Part shown: in pieces, positions 44,401 through 55,857 of the stretch
Position numbering within the stretch: position 1 is the first letter of the stretch
How the letters are laid out: each line of letters begins with the position of its first letter
Origin: Lysobacterales bacterium
GTDB taxonomy: Bacteria > Pseudomonadota > Gammaproteobacteria > Xanthomonadales > SZUA-5
Assembly (NCBI GenBank): GCA_022844165.1
Contig: JALHMH010000031.1
Location: 1-58,156, forward strand
Direction: 5' to 3'
Length of the DNA stretch: 58,156 nucleotides
Program-made: the position numbers and the translations under genes
The notes under the pieces: model-generated
Database searches by the model: none
What the model was told of the DNA's origin: nothing
Seen by the model: only the letters and a program-made list of their open reading frames with translations

Positions 44401-47400
44401 CACCAACGAAACGATCGCACTGGAGCAATCCTGGAGCACCGAGGGCATCGCACCGGGACCTTACATCGTCTTGCTGGTCTCGAAACTCGGCGGCGAAACA
44501 CGCGTGCTCGATCAAAAACCACTGACCGTGCTGGCGCTAATCGTCAACGGCACAGTGAGCGCGACGCCAACCCAAGCAACTCAGACGCAAGCCATCGCGC
44601 TGAATGCAACAGCGCGCAATGTCGGCAATCTTGCCGGCACCGACCTGCCCTTCGTCATGCGCTTGATTCGCAACGCGAGCGGCAATGTGGCGCGAGAGTT
44701 TGCCTACACCAGCTCGCTTCCTGTCAATGGCGAACTGACACGCAGCGAGTCGCTCGCCGCCGGGAGCCTGCCGCTAGGCGAGTACCGAGTCGAATGGTCG
44801 CTCGCAGTTGCCGGCACCACGCAGCCGCTGGCGCAGGCCGAATTGCGTATCGTCGGCGCGCAAATTGGCGGCACATTGGAAGCCTCTCCGGCATCGCTGC
44901 AGCTTGGCGAAGTCGTGCAACTCAACGGAACTGTCCGCAATACGGGCAACACAGCCTCTGGCGCAATTCCGGTGCGACTTGAAGTTCGGCGACAAGACAC
45001 GCAGGTTGTCCAACAATCCTGGAACGACAGTGCGACCATTACCGCTAACGGCATCTTTGTCATTCAGCGCCAGTGGACCGCAAACAATGCTGCCCGATAC
45101 GATGGCGTGCTCCAGGCCCAACTGGATGGAACCTGGCAAACACTATCGACAGCGACTTTCTACGTGCTGGCGCCGGCGGTCGACGTCCAACTGCGCATGG
45201 CCGTGCAACGCGATGCTCGTCTGCTGGTGCTGGTCAGCTGCGACCCCGGGCAAAGCCAGAACGGTTCGATCGGCAGCAATCCAGCGCTGACAGAAACGAT
45301 ATGCGAATCGAACAAAAAGATGTTCCTGGAGCAGTACCTGACCCAGATCGCGGTAGAACACACTGTGGTGACCACGGCAGAGGCGTTCTTGCGCGAGTTG
45401 CGCTGCGGTCGCTACAACGTGTACTGGCTCAGTGGCGGCAGCGAAAAGCTCTCCGTGTCGGCAAGCAAAGAACTGCGCGAGACAATTTACCGCGGCGAAG
45501 GTCTGATTCTTGACGGTAGCCACGATCAACGCACGGCATTGCTCGACACCATCGCGGGATTCAACTTCCGTGGCCGGCATGCGCAGGAGAACCAAGTTTT
45601 GCGCGGTAGCGGCACGCTGCTACCGGCGGCGGATGTCACGACATATGGTCGTGCGTTGAATCTCGAACTCAGCAGCGGTCAGTTGCAGGCCACTTTCGTC
45701 GCTACCGCGAGTCCTGCGGCGATCAGCCACAGCTTCGGCCAGGGTCGCACGATGACTTACGCTTTCGATCTCGTTGAGGCTCTGCGACGCGACACAACTC
45801 AGCCGGCGACCACGCGCTTGCTCGACGCAGCGCTGTTCCATGTCGCACCCACGGTGGTGACGGCGGATCATCCTGCGAACGGCTACGTGCCGGTGACCAC
45901 AACCATCGAAAACCGCGCGGCATCGGTCAATTTGAACCTGCGCACTGACGTATCGACACCGGGTAGCGTCGCTTCAAGCGCACCCGCACCGACCAGCAGC
46001 GATCCGCAATCGGCAACCTGGGAGTTCGGTCTGGCGACTGGGCAGACCCGCAGTTTCGACGTTGCAGCTCGTCTTCCGAGTGCGGCCGACACAACTGTCC
46101 GTAGCACCCTGCAGCGGCGCAATGGCGCGCTGCTGGAACCACTGTCGAACCAAAGCGCGGCGCTGCCGCTTCGGCAGGTTTCTGCCACTGCGCAATCGTT
46201 GATCGATGGGCTCAATGCGGCAAACCTGTCTGGTGGAGAATCGCAAGCGCGAAACCGTGCAGTGACTGCGATTCAAGCGGCCTTGGCGGCGCATCAGAGT
46301 GGCGATTCGCTGAGCGCCATCGCCAGGTGGATCGACGCCGCCGAGGACATTGTGCGCATTGGCTCCATGCCCCACGCCGAGTGGCGCCTCGCCAATACGC
46401 GTTTGCTCGAAGTCAGCCAGCGCGCGGCGTGCTCTGCTGTGGCGCCGAGCTGCAACGTGCTCGGTGCGGCGGGCGACTACAACGGTTTCTTCTTCGACAG
46501 TTACACTGCATTGTCGTCGGATGTACAAGGCCGATTGGCGGCAGGTGGCAACGTTTCGTTGAACAACTACAGCATTGCCGATCAGTTGCCGACGGATTTC
46601 TCCGGCACTTCGCTGCTGGTTGGCGGCAATCTGATTTTCCCATCGGGCCGCGTTTACCGTGGCGACATTGTGATCGGCGGCAGTGGAGCTGGTGTCGGTG
46701 CGCCCGTGATCAATGGCCTGGGACCGAATCAGCGGTTGATTCAAAACGCACCGATGCCGATCGACTTTGCCGCTGAGCGCACGCGTTTAATCGCCGAGAG
46801 TCAGCGCTTGCGCACCTTCCCAACGAACACCACTCATGAGTACCAGTGGGGCGGGTTGTATCTGCATGGCGATAACACCAGTCCGGTGCAGGTCTTCAAC
46901 TTGAATGGGCAACAAGTACTCGATGCGCACACATTTCAGGTCGACCGCATTCCTGCCGGTGCCACAGTGCTCTTCAACGTTTCTGGCACCAACACGGGCC
47001 TGACCAACATGAGCCTGTCGAGCTTGATCGCACATCGTAACAAGGTGCTGTTCAACTTCTACGAAGCCACCAGTCTGCAACTGGCAGGCATTTCCGTGGA
47101 AGGCAGCATTCTCGCGCCGATGGCGAATCTGGATAACCCCCAAGGTGTGATTTGGGGAACCATTGTTGCCAACCGCTGGAATGGTCAAATGCAGATCAAC
47201 CTTGCCGCGCATTCGGGTTGCATGGTGGCGCCCGTCGCGCCGCCAAACCTGTGCGCGTCGACCCCCACCACGCCGGTTAAGGTGGCAACTGGACAAGGCA
47301 CCTTTGGCGCCTTCGAGTCGCGCGAGCGGCTGGAGGTTCGCGGTGGTCGCACGGGTACGGCGGATTGGGAATGGGGACTGGGCAGCAACACACAGTCAGC

Positions 47401-47851
47401 CGGTCAGTTTGTCAGCGAACACCTCAATTGGATCCATGGCAAGGACTATCGTTTCGTACTTCGCTACGACGGCCAGGGCAGCGGCAGCTACCAGGTCCTC
47501 GATGGCAGCAATTTGCTGTTTACCAAGACTTTCAACGCGGGACCGGGTCGCCAGCTACGCACCGGGAACGCCCTTGAGTTGTTCGCGAAGACCAACGCCG
47601 GACAGGGCAGCGCGCGCGTCGTGACGACGTTGAACCGCCTGGAGAACGGCAGCTATAGCGAAACGCTTCAAACCGCAGGCGACAATAATTATAGCGAGGT
47701 CCGGAGCATCTACTTCTCGCCTGCCCTGGTGGATGGCTTCGAATTGGAAGGAACGATCCGACTGGAGTTCACGGGGACCGCGCCACCGACCGGCTCACGC
47801 CTGAACTTTTTCGTCACGGCCGGTAACCTGACGTGTGGAGCAGCGCCATGA
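38465..47851 (+). CDS. Giant extracellular multidomain protein (carboxypeptidase-regulatory-like, NHL-type propellers, CARDB/Ig repeats, choice-of-anchor A), 5'-truncated
   Basis: Frame opens mid-domain (LSVSGRITDVSNGTPVGGA); repeated D..GN(V/L)YV propeller blades; repeated VRN.G Ig units; SSDVQGRLAAGGN...VLFNF..A...GSILAP at about 46460-47215. Confidence 0.85.
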   Translation, partial: THATPALSVSGRITDVSNGTPVGGAIIAVAGTAITAQSDATGHYQLSGIANVPFSLNITASGYQSLTFTNPSTAHGSFTMNVAMTRLAGGSFALEGLTISSPEIDPYTEVGVLGTVRNTGTSEAGLIFNAIIYNTQQQVVRDVPAVVVGAHMQPSEAILPMAAGATRAVTIAWGIQSDPPGTYQVRFRGLTPSGQVAVEGNTNYSVRAVRRLGGGIDADPPLLQAGLGQSVAVTAKLGSLGNLQIGAGSVELTATLVRADTRPPFPTVPEVGAPVVQGAPLAQPVDATSDSAGNVYVVNRFNRELIRIAPGGSTSTLRALSGFFNGTTTGMGEPRKLAMHPDGRLRVLWTGDYISAIELTPPYSQTDSTPNLGGGVSAYDIDNQGNEYFAGFIAGKYQLIKRSSAGNVSTLAESSFNRVAQAAVGANQNVFVADESGIFSVDPSTGRTTRLLGGMQPSGILALSNGDLLIAEKSLNRIRRFSNGTLTTFASLPSPERLSLGLDGNVYVLQSAASRISRVDTNGAVAVFASALIDSPTALSFDDQQRLLALNAKELRRRNADGSIHTLATGFSAGAALAPAADGTIFVGDIGSVKRVTSQGVETLASLTGSSVRALTVSASGEAVVAHSGSRSEGLLRLNGGNFASIIEIPSALNDLGFVDGRPVLNDGDQLFEIGNRLTLLGSSYGTSGELLGSSRNDLYLRVVSGSAGQTGLFKVSADGSRALMSTNTTNWYGRAAIDNNEHAIFGRTDRGVYRLNLATNESQLLVTMPGAEFPWRIAVDDTNRVFVESNSQKLYRIDGASLVLIEGGAQGLISRPGAKPWWRSTLQLRTLGANDAIENVGALETHADLWAPSHDGKLAQITGTRRFRLREPSGAATYDLPLPGNIVSVATLAQDSVVADVQGRIHRIAADGSITRVGPDTYTRARKVSVNQGRLFALHSDGVYEITNGSPVFRWSQSSWGNDHRLFDVSGQLIAASDSFTGEIIVSNDNHVVASLVPLSIMTMFAPQSDGRWLAASSNRLVQIAADGLSSRVIYSSSSISLADLQRTPTGDVLALDSGLSLYRVSSDLNFVAIATRPETFGLNFPCLAIGPEGSTYVAGSGGQVLQREGQYLRRRAGGMVSVSDIDVDSGGLVYLTDSTSGSLGVIDEIGYRRLASGFSAPFSLTLHSDSEILIGTDQDIVVSDAEGRWSRRLLTTQMRGVARSGSLSALAIDAANRAIPIALGQPSLPVPEGTVVYRRTLPHGPYGASNTELIDFGSFVPPVGGDYEITARSTQTDVIGQATTGLHVGPNTVAHMNAEPSRTVPGDRTVRVGTQIEGGDFSSISRVDISLLQLAIPESINPLALGADASGALWFQSTSGLCRVPPGSTASTTVVPGQTLNRGEVPVDSQQRIYFAKRGTQVATTQIMRVNTDLSNEPFVTVTGTVVSMTIDPLDQLFVLLDGKIQRIAANGSISDFMTIPAGTPFGITRDGAGNFYVLMRQNIIYKIDPLRNLTTIVSDATFEYENFNIAGTCAEGLFFTPFTYNRLGQSGEEYTIAQVLSSGEIGAVFNGYAVSEKLTDIDLITYDRFRSRLLMFTHDAVTFRTFSIPVTCGAIDVALHVVLPAGQAYSNASPAPTQTIELSNGDKELVFELRDVNRQGVSIDFDTVLSNLMRGESRAVAKAATLVFRNTFIAEPVRLTVQVPRVDVEDLIDIEVSTDRTAYPQNTAVNIDLWLRNEQSLAASGRLVVSVVDAGGALVERLIDRTEQLDASEARELDPPFTTGSRRAGEYRVLAQMFADDGVLVAEHSSAFAITAGAGTPALTSTVATDRTQYVPTATALIAAQLTNPNTNQAFKNLTVRETVLKPDGSTLQVLTRAVPNLEPNTDVRLDFELPLSNAATGRYEVRQQVLDSAGSVLSAPTTSFDVIAQQGNDALSGSLAVAPQSVPRPQPTQLTATVRNRGSAALSEVPLALQILNPSQGNALLREFSFTRNIATNETIALEQSWSTEGIAPGPYIVLLVSKLGGETRVLDQKPLTVLALIVNGTVSATPTQATQTQAIALNATARNVGNLAGTDLPFVMRLIRNASGNVAREFAYTSSLPVNGELTRSESLAAGSLPLGEYRVEWSLAVAGTTQPLAQAELRIVGAQIGGTLEASPASLQLGEVVQLNGTVRNTGNTASGAIPVRLEVRRQDTQVVQQSWNDSATITANGIFVIQRQWTANNAARYDGVLQAQLDGTWQTLSTATFYVLAPAVDVQLRMAVQRDARLLVLVSCDPGQSQNGSIGSNPALTETICESNKKMFLEQYLTQIAVEHTVVTTAEAFLRELRCGRYNVYWLSGGSEKLSVSASKELRETIYRGEGLILDGSHDQRTALLDTIAGFNFRGRHAQENQVLRGSGTLLPAADVTTYGRALNLELSSGQLQATFVATASPAAISHSFGQGRTMTYAFDLVEALRRDTTQPATTRLLDAALFHVAPTVVTADHPANGYVPVTTTIENRAASVNLNLRTDVSTPGSVASSAPAPTSSDPQSATWEFGLATGQTRSFDVAARLPSAADTTVRSTLQRRNGALLEPLSNQSAALPLRQVSATAQSLIDGLNAANLSGGESQARNRAVTAIQAALAAHQSGDSLSAIARWIDAAEDIVRIGSMPHAEWRLANTRLLEVSQRAACSAVAPSCNVLGAAGDYNGFFFDSYTALSSDVQGRLAAGGNVSLNNYSIADQLPTDFSGTSLLVGGNLIFPSGRVYRGDIVIGGSGAGVGAPVINGLGPNQRLIQNAPMPIDFAAERTRLIAESQRLRTFPTNTTHEYQWGGLYLHGDNTSPVQVFNLNGQQVLDAHTFQVDRIPAGATVLFNVSGTNTGLTNMSLSSLIAHRNKVLFNFYEATSLQLAGISVEGSILAPMANLDNPQGVIWGTIVANRWNGQMQINLAAHSGCMVAPVAPPNLCASTPTTPVKVATGQGTFGAFESRERLEVRGGRTGTADWEWGLGSNTQSAGQFVSEHLNWIHGKDYRFVLRYDGQGSGSYQVLDGSNLLFTKTFNAGPGRQLRTGNALELFAKTNAGQGSARVVTTLNRLENGSYSETLQTAGDNNYSEVRSIYFSPALVDGFELEGTIRLEFTGTAPPTGSRLNFFVTAGNLTCGAAP

Positions 47852-47904
47852 GCTTTCGCAGCAATAGCGCCAAAGTTGGCCGCCTTCACTTTGTTGGACA
47901 ACGC

Positions 47905-50900
47905 ATGATCTCGATTCGCCCTACCCTGATCGCCGCGCTCTTTGCTACCTGGATCACGCCGCTGGCCGCGCAGGCACTTGGCACAGCGCCGCGGAGCAGC
48001 ACCGAGTACGCAGCCGCAGTTGCACGCGCCGCAGACGCTGCGGAAGCCAGACTAACCGATGGTCGCAAGGCGCTCATCGACATCGCCGTCACGCACCCGC
48101 GGCTGCTCGAACGGCAGCGTGCGGCCGAGTTGGCCGTCGCCGAAGCGCGGCGCGCTGCATTGGAAGCGCTCTCCCAACTGGAACGTGGTTCCGACACTGA
48201 GCGGCAGCGCGCGCTGGAAACCCTGGATCGTCTGCTGGCCGCAGCGCAGCGGGTTGATCAGGAAGCACCTGTGGTCCAAGCCTCGCGCATCGAACTGGGC
48301 TTGATTCCGGAATCGCAGTCACCACGACCCGCACCGAGCCCGGCCGATCTCGCGCCAACGCTCGATGCGCCGCTGACGGCCGCCATTAGGGCCAAAGCCG
48401 ACGAACTCGACAATGCGCCAGTCGAAATTTATGAGTGGGTGCGCAAGAGCATCACGTTGGTACCAGGGCGCGGCTCGTTGCAGGGTGCGGCAGGCACATT
48501 GGAAACTGGGCGCGGCAATCCGACCGATCACGCCAGTTTGTTGATTGCGCTACTGCGCGCTGCCGGCGTGCATGCGCGTTACGCTAGCGGGCAAATCGAG
48601 ATCGATGCCGTACGAGCACGCGCCTGGTGGGGCGTCGATCGCACAGAGGCCGTGGTTGAGTTGCTCACCGAAGCGGGCATCCCGTTCGACACCGTGATTG
48701 TCGGCGGCGAGATTAGCGCACTGCGGATGCAACATATGTGGGTGGAAGCATGGATCGATCTGGCACCATCGCGTGGCGCCAAACATCGCATCGGCGACGC
48801 CTGGATCGGACTCGATCCGAGTTTCAAGGAACTGACGCTCACGCCGGGTGCCGATTTGTCGACCTGGATGGCGCTGGATGTCAATGCTATTCGCAATGCC
48901 GTCAATGCTGCAGCAATTGTGGATCAGGCGGCTCTAGCCCTGCAATCGCTGGGTGCGAACAGTCTTTCGCAACAGCTGGGTCTGGCGCGGCAACGATTGT
49001 TGGACGCGCTCGGCTCGCGCAACTTGAGCAACGCGCGCATCGGCGAGTTGTTGCCGGGTGCCAACGACGCCACGCCCAACTACCCGTTTTTCCTCGGCAA
49101 CCTGCCCTACCGGGTGCTCGCCGCGAACGACACAACCACCAGTCTTGGCGAACTGGAACGTCACCGCCTGCAGTGGATCATCAAAAGCGACGACAACGGC
49201 CAACCCGGCGCCGCTGTGTTGAGTTTCGACCAACCGACCGTCGCGTTGGTCGAAGCGCCGCTTGACCTGCGTTTTGTGCCAGCAGAACTTGCTGATCGCG
49301 ACGCGCTGTTGGCGCTGGTCCCTTCGAACCTCACACAGTTCGCCGACCTTCCCGAAGCCTTGCCCGCGTATTTGATCGAACTGCGCGGTGAGATCTGGCT
49401 CGGCGCCACCCGAATTTCGTCAACGAACGCACTCGGACTCGGAAGCACCCTGCATGCCGAGTTGCGACAGGTAACGCCCACACAAACGCTCACGCGCCAC
49501 GAGACCATCTTTGTTGGCGAATCGCGCAGCCTTAGTTTGTCCTGGCATGGCGGGCTCCAACATACGTTGACGCGCGCCCGCGGTCGCGTCAGTGCGGCGC
49601 GCGACGCCATCAGCGCCACCACACCGTCCGTCGATCTGATGCCCGCGCTGCTGCAGTTGACGGGCAATGGCCATTTTTCGGTGTCCGATGCGTACCAAAG
49701 CTGGTTGGCAGGCATCCATCGCGTGCGTTTTTACCGTGAGCCTGGCATCACTTCGAGTTACACCGCGCTTGAGGTCGCCGCACCTTTCGGCGTCATCACC
49801 AGCGCTTGGCCGACGGGGTTTGGCCTCACTGACGTTACGCCGCCACACCTCGGAAGCGCGCTCGTTGGCGGCGCCGAACAACGATTTGTTCATCAGAGCC
49901 TGGGCACCCAAGCGGCGTTCGGGCACCTGTTGCTGTCACAACTATTTGGCGGCACCGGGCGCTCGACCCCCGCGCTGCTGAGCGCCAACCTGGCGGCAGA
50001 ACAGCCGGTACACACCTTCAGACCCGATCAGGCCGCATCATTGCCCGGCGGATTGCCGCCCGCGATGCGCGGACCTCTGCAAACAGCCTTGGCTCGAGGC
50101 GACAGCGTTACGGTAAATGGCACGCCGGCCAGCCTGGGCGGATGGAGCGGCTTTGGCGCGGAGGTCACCTATCCGGCCGGGTTGGGCGGCAGTAGTTTTA
50201 TCGTCGGCCAGCAGCGGCCCGAAGCTGGCGCGCAGCGCACTGGCGCGAACACTTCGAGCACACTCGCGCGCGGCGCATTCTTCACCGGTGTGCTGGGCAC
50301 CGACCTGCCAACGCATATCCTGCCACTTTGGCTGCAAGAGCTGGAGCGCGCGCTGGCGGCTGGCGACGGCTTGATTGCAATCGCACGCAACCCGCAAGGT
50401 CTGGGGCTATCGCCCGTCATGAGCGATCTGCTTGCTGGCGCAATTCTGGATGGCACCATCGGCACCGGCCTGAATCCGTTGATCGATGCGCCATTGTGGG
50501 GCCATTTGATCTCACCAGTGTTGTCGATTGCACCTTTGCTCGATCCCACCCCGCCGACATTGGCCTTGAGCGTCAGCCCCAGGACCATCGATCTTGGTCA
50601 GAGCACGACCATCAGCGCCAGCGCCAGCGACAACCGTGAGGTGGCAGCATTGGTCGTCACCGCAGGCGGTGTGCCAATAGCCCTCGACCAGGGCCAGGCC
50701 ACACACACACCGTCGCGCACCGGCGTGCTTCCTGTCATCGCCACCGCACGTGATAACGCCGGCAATATCACCGAGAAGCGTGAGGACCTGCTGGTTCGGG
50801 CACCGGGCGATACCGCGCCGCCTGTCGTCGAGATCGTCACGCCGGCGGATAACGCCGCCGTGACGCAGCCAACCGAGGTCATCGGCAACGTCACCGACGC

Positions 50901-53900
50901 GAGCCTGCGCTATTGGCGACTCAACCTTCGCCCCGGCAACTCGCCGAACGTGCCGGCCATCGTCCTCGGCGAGGGCGAGCAAAATCAAACCGCAGCTGTG
51001 CTCGGCCGCATCGATCCGACGCTGATGTTCAACGGCGTGTACGTGCTGATCCTTGAGGCCGAAGACGCCAACGGACTGCGCAGCCAGTACACGACCCAGA
51101 TCCGCGTTGATGGCGACATGAAGATCGGCCACTTCCAGATCAGTTTTGAGGAGATCGAAATCCCGCTGCAGGGCATTCCGATTCGCATTACGCGCACCTA
51201 CGACACGCGCCAGGCTAAAGAAGATCTGGACTTCGGCTATGGCTGGTCGATCGACTACCAGAACGTGCGCATTCGCGAGAGCCGCAAGCTCGGGTTTTCG
51301 TGGACCATGCAGCAATCGGGCGGTGGCTTTTCGCCGTTCTGTGTACGCCCGGCCGGAACGCCGATGGTGACCATCACGCTGCCCGATGGCGAGACCGAGC
51401 AGTTCAACGCCAAGTGGAGCCCGGAGTGCCAGCAGTTCCTGCCGCCGAACGATGGCTTCCTGACCTTCGTCCCTGCCAATGGCAAGACGCACTCGAAACT
51501 GGAGCAGACCAGTTATGGCTCTCTGCGCTGGGTGAACCTGGGCAACGGCGCGAGCAATCTGGCCGATTTGAGTGATCCTTTTGTGCCGGTCGATCCGCGC
51601 CACTATCGTCTGACCACGGAAGACGGCATGGTCTACGACCTCGATCAGGAATTCGGCATCACCAAGATCACCGATCAGGCCGGCAACTTCGTGCGCTACA
51701 CGCGCGATGGCATCACCCACTCCACCGGTGTGTCGGTGCAGTTCGTGCGCGATGCGCAGGACCGCATTACCGATATCGTGCTGCCCGATGGCCGACGCCT
51801 GAAGTACCGCTACAGCGCCGCAGGCGATCTGATGGAAGTGGCGGATGTGCTCGGCCAGAAGACCACGTTCGCGTACCTGCAGAACATCCGCTATCCGCAC
51901 TATCTGGACACCATCACCGATGCGCGCGGCGTGCGGGCGGTGAAGCACGAGTACGACGACGGCGGACGCCTGATCGCCACCACCGATGCCAATGGCGAGC
52001 GCATCGAGTACGTGCACAACATCGCCGGAAAGACCGAGACCATCAAGAATCGCCGCGGTCATTCGACGACGTACGTGTACGACGCGAACGGCTGGGTCTT
52101 GAGCGAGACCAACCACTTGGGCGAACAAACGCTGCGCACCTACGATGCCAACGGCAACGAGCTGACGCGCACCGATCCCTTGGGCCGGCGCACTGAGAAC
52201 ACGGTCGATGCGCGCGGCAATGTGCTCACCGAAAAGGACGCGCTGGGGAACATCACCACGCGCACGTATGGGCGCTACAACCAGCTGTACACCGAAGTCG
52301 ATGCGCTGAATCGCACGGTGGTCACCAACACCTACATGACGAACCTGCTGACCGGCGATGAGACCTCTTACCTGTTCGACACCAAAGATGCGCTCGGCAA
52401 TCGCACGCTGATGCCGCACGACATCTGCGGCTCGCAGTGCCCGAACACCGGCAACTTGAAGTCGATCACCGATCCGATGGGCAACCAGACCTCGTTCTCT
52501 TACGACAGCCGCGGCAACGTGACGCGCGAGACCGACCCGAACGGCAACATCGTCTCGCGTACGTACGACGCCATGAACCGCCTCACGCGCGAAATCCGCA
52601 CGCGGCAAGTCGCTGGCGCACCGGAATCGCTGACCACCGACTACACCTACGATGGCAAAGGGCGCCTCATTGAAACCAAGCACCCAGACGGCAGCATCAC
52701 GCGCACCAGCTATAACGCCATCGACAAGGTCGAGACTGAGACCGACGCGCTCGGGCACGTGACGCGCTACGAGTACAACTCGCGCGGCGAGCAAACCGCT
52801 GTCATCCACCCCGACGGCGTGCGCGAAGAAACCGCGTACGATCCAGAAGGCAATGTGATCGCGCAGACCGATCGCCTCGGTCGCACCACCAAGATGGTCT
52901 ACGACGCGGCCAATCGGCTGATCGAGACGATCCATCCCGACGCCACGCCGGATGATGCGGACAATCCGCGCACGCGCAGCGAATACGATGCCGCCGGTCA
53001 GTTGACTGCCAGCATCGACGAGCGCGGTCAGCGCACCAGCTACCGTTATGACCTGGCCGGCCGCCAGATCGAGGTCAAGAACGCGCTGAACCAGACGATG
53101 ACCACGAGCTACGATGTGGCCGGACAGCGCACGCAAGTCACCGACAACCTGGGCCGCACCACGAAGTTCGTGTACGACGCGGCGGGCCGGCTCACCGAAA
53201 CCATCCACCCCGACGCCACCGCCGGCGATGCCGACAACCCGCGCACGCGCATGGCCTACGATGCCGCCGGGCGCAAGATCGCTGAGACCGACGAGATGGG
53301 CCGCACCACGCGATTTGCGTACGACAAACTGAGTCGTCTGGTGGCTGTGGTATTGCCGAATCCGGCCACCGGCGCCAATCCCGAACTGATCGATGGCGCC
53401 AGCCCCGACGCGGGCACGCTGACCACGCGCTATCAGTATGACGAGCAAGGCAACAAGATCGCGCAGATCGACGCCGAAGGCCGCACCACGCGCTGGACGT
53501 ACGATCGCCAGGGGCGACAGCTCACGCGCACGCTGCCGATGGGTCAGAGCGAGTCGTTCCAGTACGACAGCAACGGCCAGCGCGTGCAGCACACCACGTT
53601 CAACGGCGAAGCCATCGCCACCGCGTACGACAACCTGGGCCGGCCGACGACAGTGACGCTGCCGGGCAAGACGCGCACGTTTAGCTACGATGCTGGCAAT
53701 CGGATCACATCGATCCAGGAAGGCGCCGACACCTACAGCTTCCAGTACGACGTACGCGATCGCCTGATTCGCGCCACGGATGCGCAGAATCGTTCCATCG
53801 ACTATGCCTACGATGCCATCGGCAATCGCACGCGCTTGAGCACGCCGCGTTAGCACGTCGACTACGCGTACGACGAACTCAATCGTCTCACCGAAGTGAT

Positions 53901-55857
53901 CGCAGTCCTCGACCAGGGCCGCGCGCAGACGACGAGTTATGCTTATGACGGCGTCGGCAATCGCGCCGGCCAAACGCACCCGAACGGCACCACGGTGGCT
54001 TACACGTATGACGAGCGCAATCGCTTGAAGACGTTGTTGCACAAAGCCAGCGCGGCGGCGAACGCGGCCATTCTGCTGAGCTTGAGCTACAGCGTCGACG
54101 CCAGTGGCTTGCGCACGCAAATCGCCGAGACGCGGCCGAACCCGACGGCGAGCCAACCGGCGATCACGCGCACCACCGATTACCAGTACGACGCGGTCAA
54201 ACGCCTGACGCGTGAGCAGGTGACCGGCACGCAAAGCCAGGGGCGAACCACGGTCTTCACCTACGACAAGGTGGGCAATCGCAAGACCGAAGCCACCAGC
54301 GGCACGCTGAGCAAAAATCAGACGCTGACCTACGACAACAACGATCGACTGACACGCGTCGCCGGCACCGGCGGCACCATCGATCATGTGTACGACAACG
54401 CCGGCAATCTGATCGAGAAGAAGCAAGGCACCGCGACGCTGGAACGCTACACCTTCGACGCCGAAGGCCGGCTCACCGCGGCCACCATCGGCACCGGCGC
54501 CAGCCAGAAAGTGCTGAGCTACCGCTACGACCCCAACGGCATCCGCAGAAGCCAGCACGTCGAGACGGCAACGGGACAAGCGCGAACCGAGTACCTCGTC
54601 GACCCGAACCAGGCGTACGCGCAGGTGCTGGAGGAATACGAGACGCAAGCAGCCACCGGCGCTGCCCTGCCCGCATCAGCGCTGGCAACCACGTACGTCT
54701 ACGGCGACGACCTGATCAGCCAGACCCAACTCGCACTGGCCGGCAACACCACACACGTCTACCACTACGACGGACTCGGCACCACACGAGCCCTAAGCGC
54801 CCACAACCTCGACGCCAGCGGCAACCCAGTCACCACCGGCCCGAACCCCCACGCCGCCATCACCGACCGCTACGCCTACACCGCGTTCGGCGAAAACGAC
54901 CCGGCGGGGACCAGCGGGAACACCGCGGGGACGACGGAGAACAACTACCGCTACACCGGCGAGCAGCTCGATCCGAACTTGGGGTTCTACTACCTGCGGG
55001 CCAGATACATGGATCCGCGGCAGGGGCGGTTTGTGGGGATGGATCCGTGGAGCGGTGACTTTAACGATCCCCTGTCGCTCCACAAGTACATTTTCGCAAA
55101 TCAAGTTCCCAGTGCTCTTGGGGATCCGAGTGGAGAAAGTGCAACCCTGATCGGCGTTGGCGTGTCGGCTGGCATAGGAGCGGTGATGGGTGTTGCATCT
55201 ACGCATCTGACGAATGTCGCTTTGGGCCGTGCTTCAACTGTCGGCGAACTAGCAATGGGCGCTGCCGTGGGCGCAGCACTAGGCGCGGGCGGGTACTTTT
55301 GTCCGAGTTGTTTGATTCCCCTGGGACTTTATGGTGTTGCTTCATCAGGCGCACTGGTTGCGGACGTGTGGACTGGAGAAGGAACGACGATGAAGCAGAA
55401 GGCTGCAGCGGCTGTGCTTCTAATTACTTCAATCGGCGGGACAGCAGCCGGGCAGAGGGTCGCCTCGAATATCAGGCAACTTCATGGTTTCGGCTTACTA
55501 CATGACCGAAGTGTCCGCGGCATCTCTCGCCTACTCACTTGGGCAGGTGTTAATCACCGGCTAGAGGTCTACGTAAGAAATCCATTCTATCGTCGAGGCA
55601 GACGCTATGACATTGTTGTTCAAGTTCCTGGAACTGGAAGATACATAGGTGTCGAATACAAGTCCTCGATGTCTGAATACCTGTATCCGAAAGCGAATCA
55701 GTCGTCGGCAGACCACTTCGTCAAGACTCAAGGTGGCGAAATGTTTGGTTCTGCTGCCGGGCCATACGGCGGCGCCAGCGTAACCGGTGTGGTAAGAATC
55801 AATGGCGGACGAAACCTCGTGTCCACATGTTCGGCGGGTATAGATTGTGAAGAGTAG
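47905..55857 (+). pseudogene. Signal peptide + inactive transglutaminase-like + Ig + RHS repeat protein with C-terminal toxin; one in-frame TAG at 53851-53853
   Basis: LAAQA signal end; DHASLLIALLRAAGVHARY, HMWVEAW, LDPSFK; DFGYGW; many YD repeats; YTGEQLD...YYLRARY...DPSG core; ORFs 47833..53853 and 53896..55857 share a frame. Confidence 0.88.

Noticed and set aside
52870-53290. Duplicated ETIHPDAT..DADNPRTR..YDAAG segment as a separate repeat element
   Set aside because: In-frame internal duplication of RHS repeat units, which is ordinary for this family.
50512-54648. 1378-aa ORF on the minus strand
   Set aside because: Antisense shadow of the GC3-biased RHS repeat region; no independent motifs.
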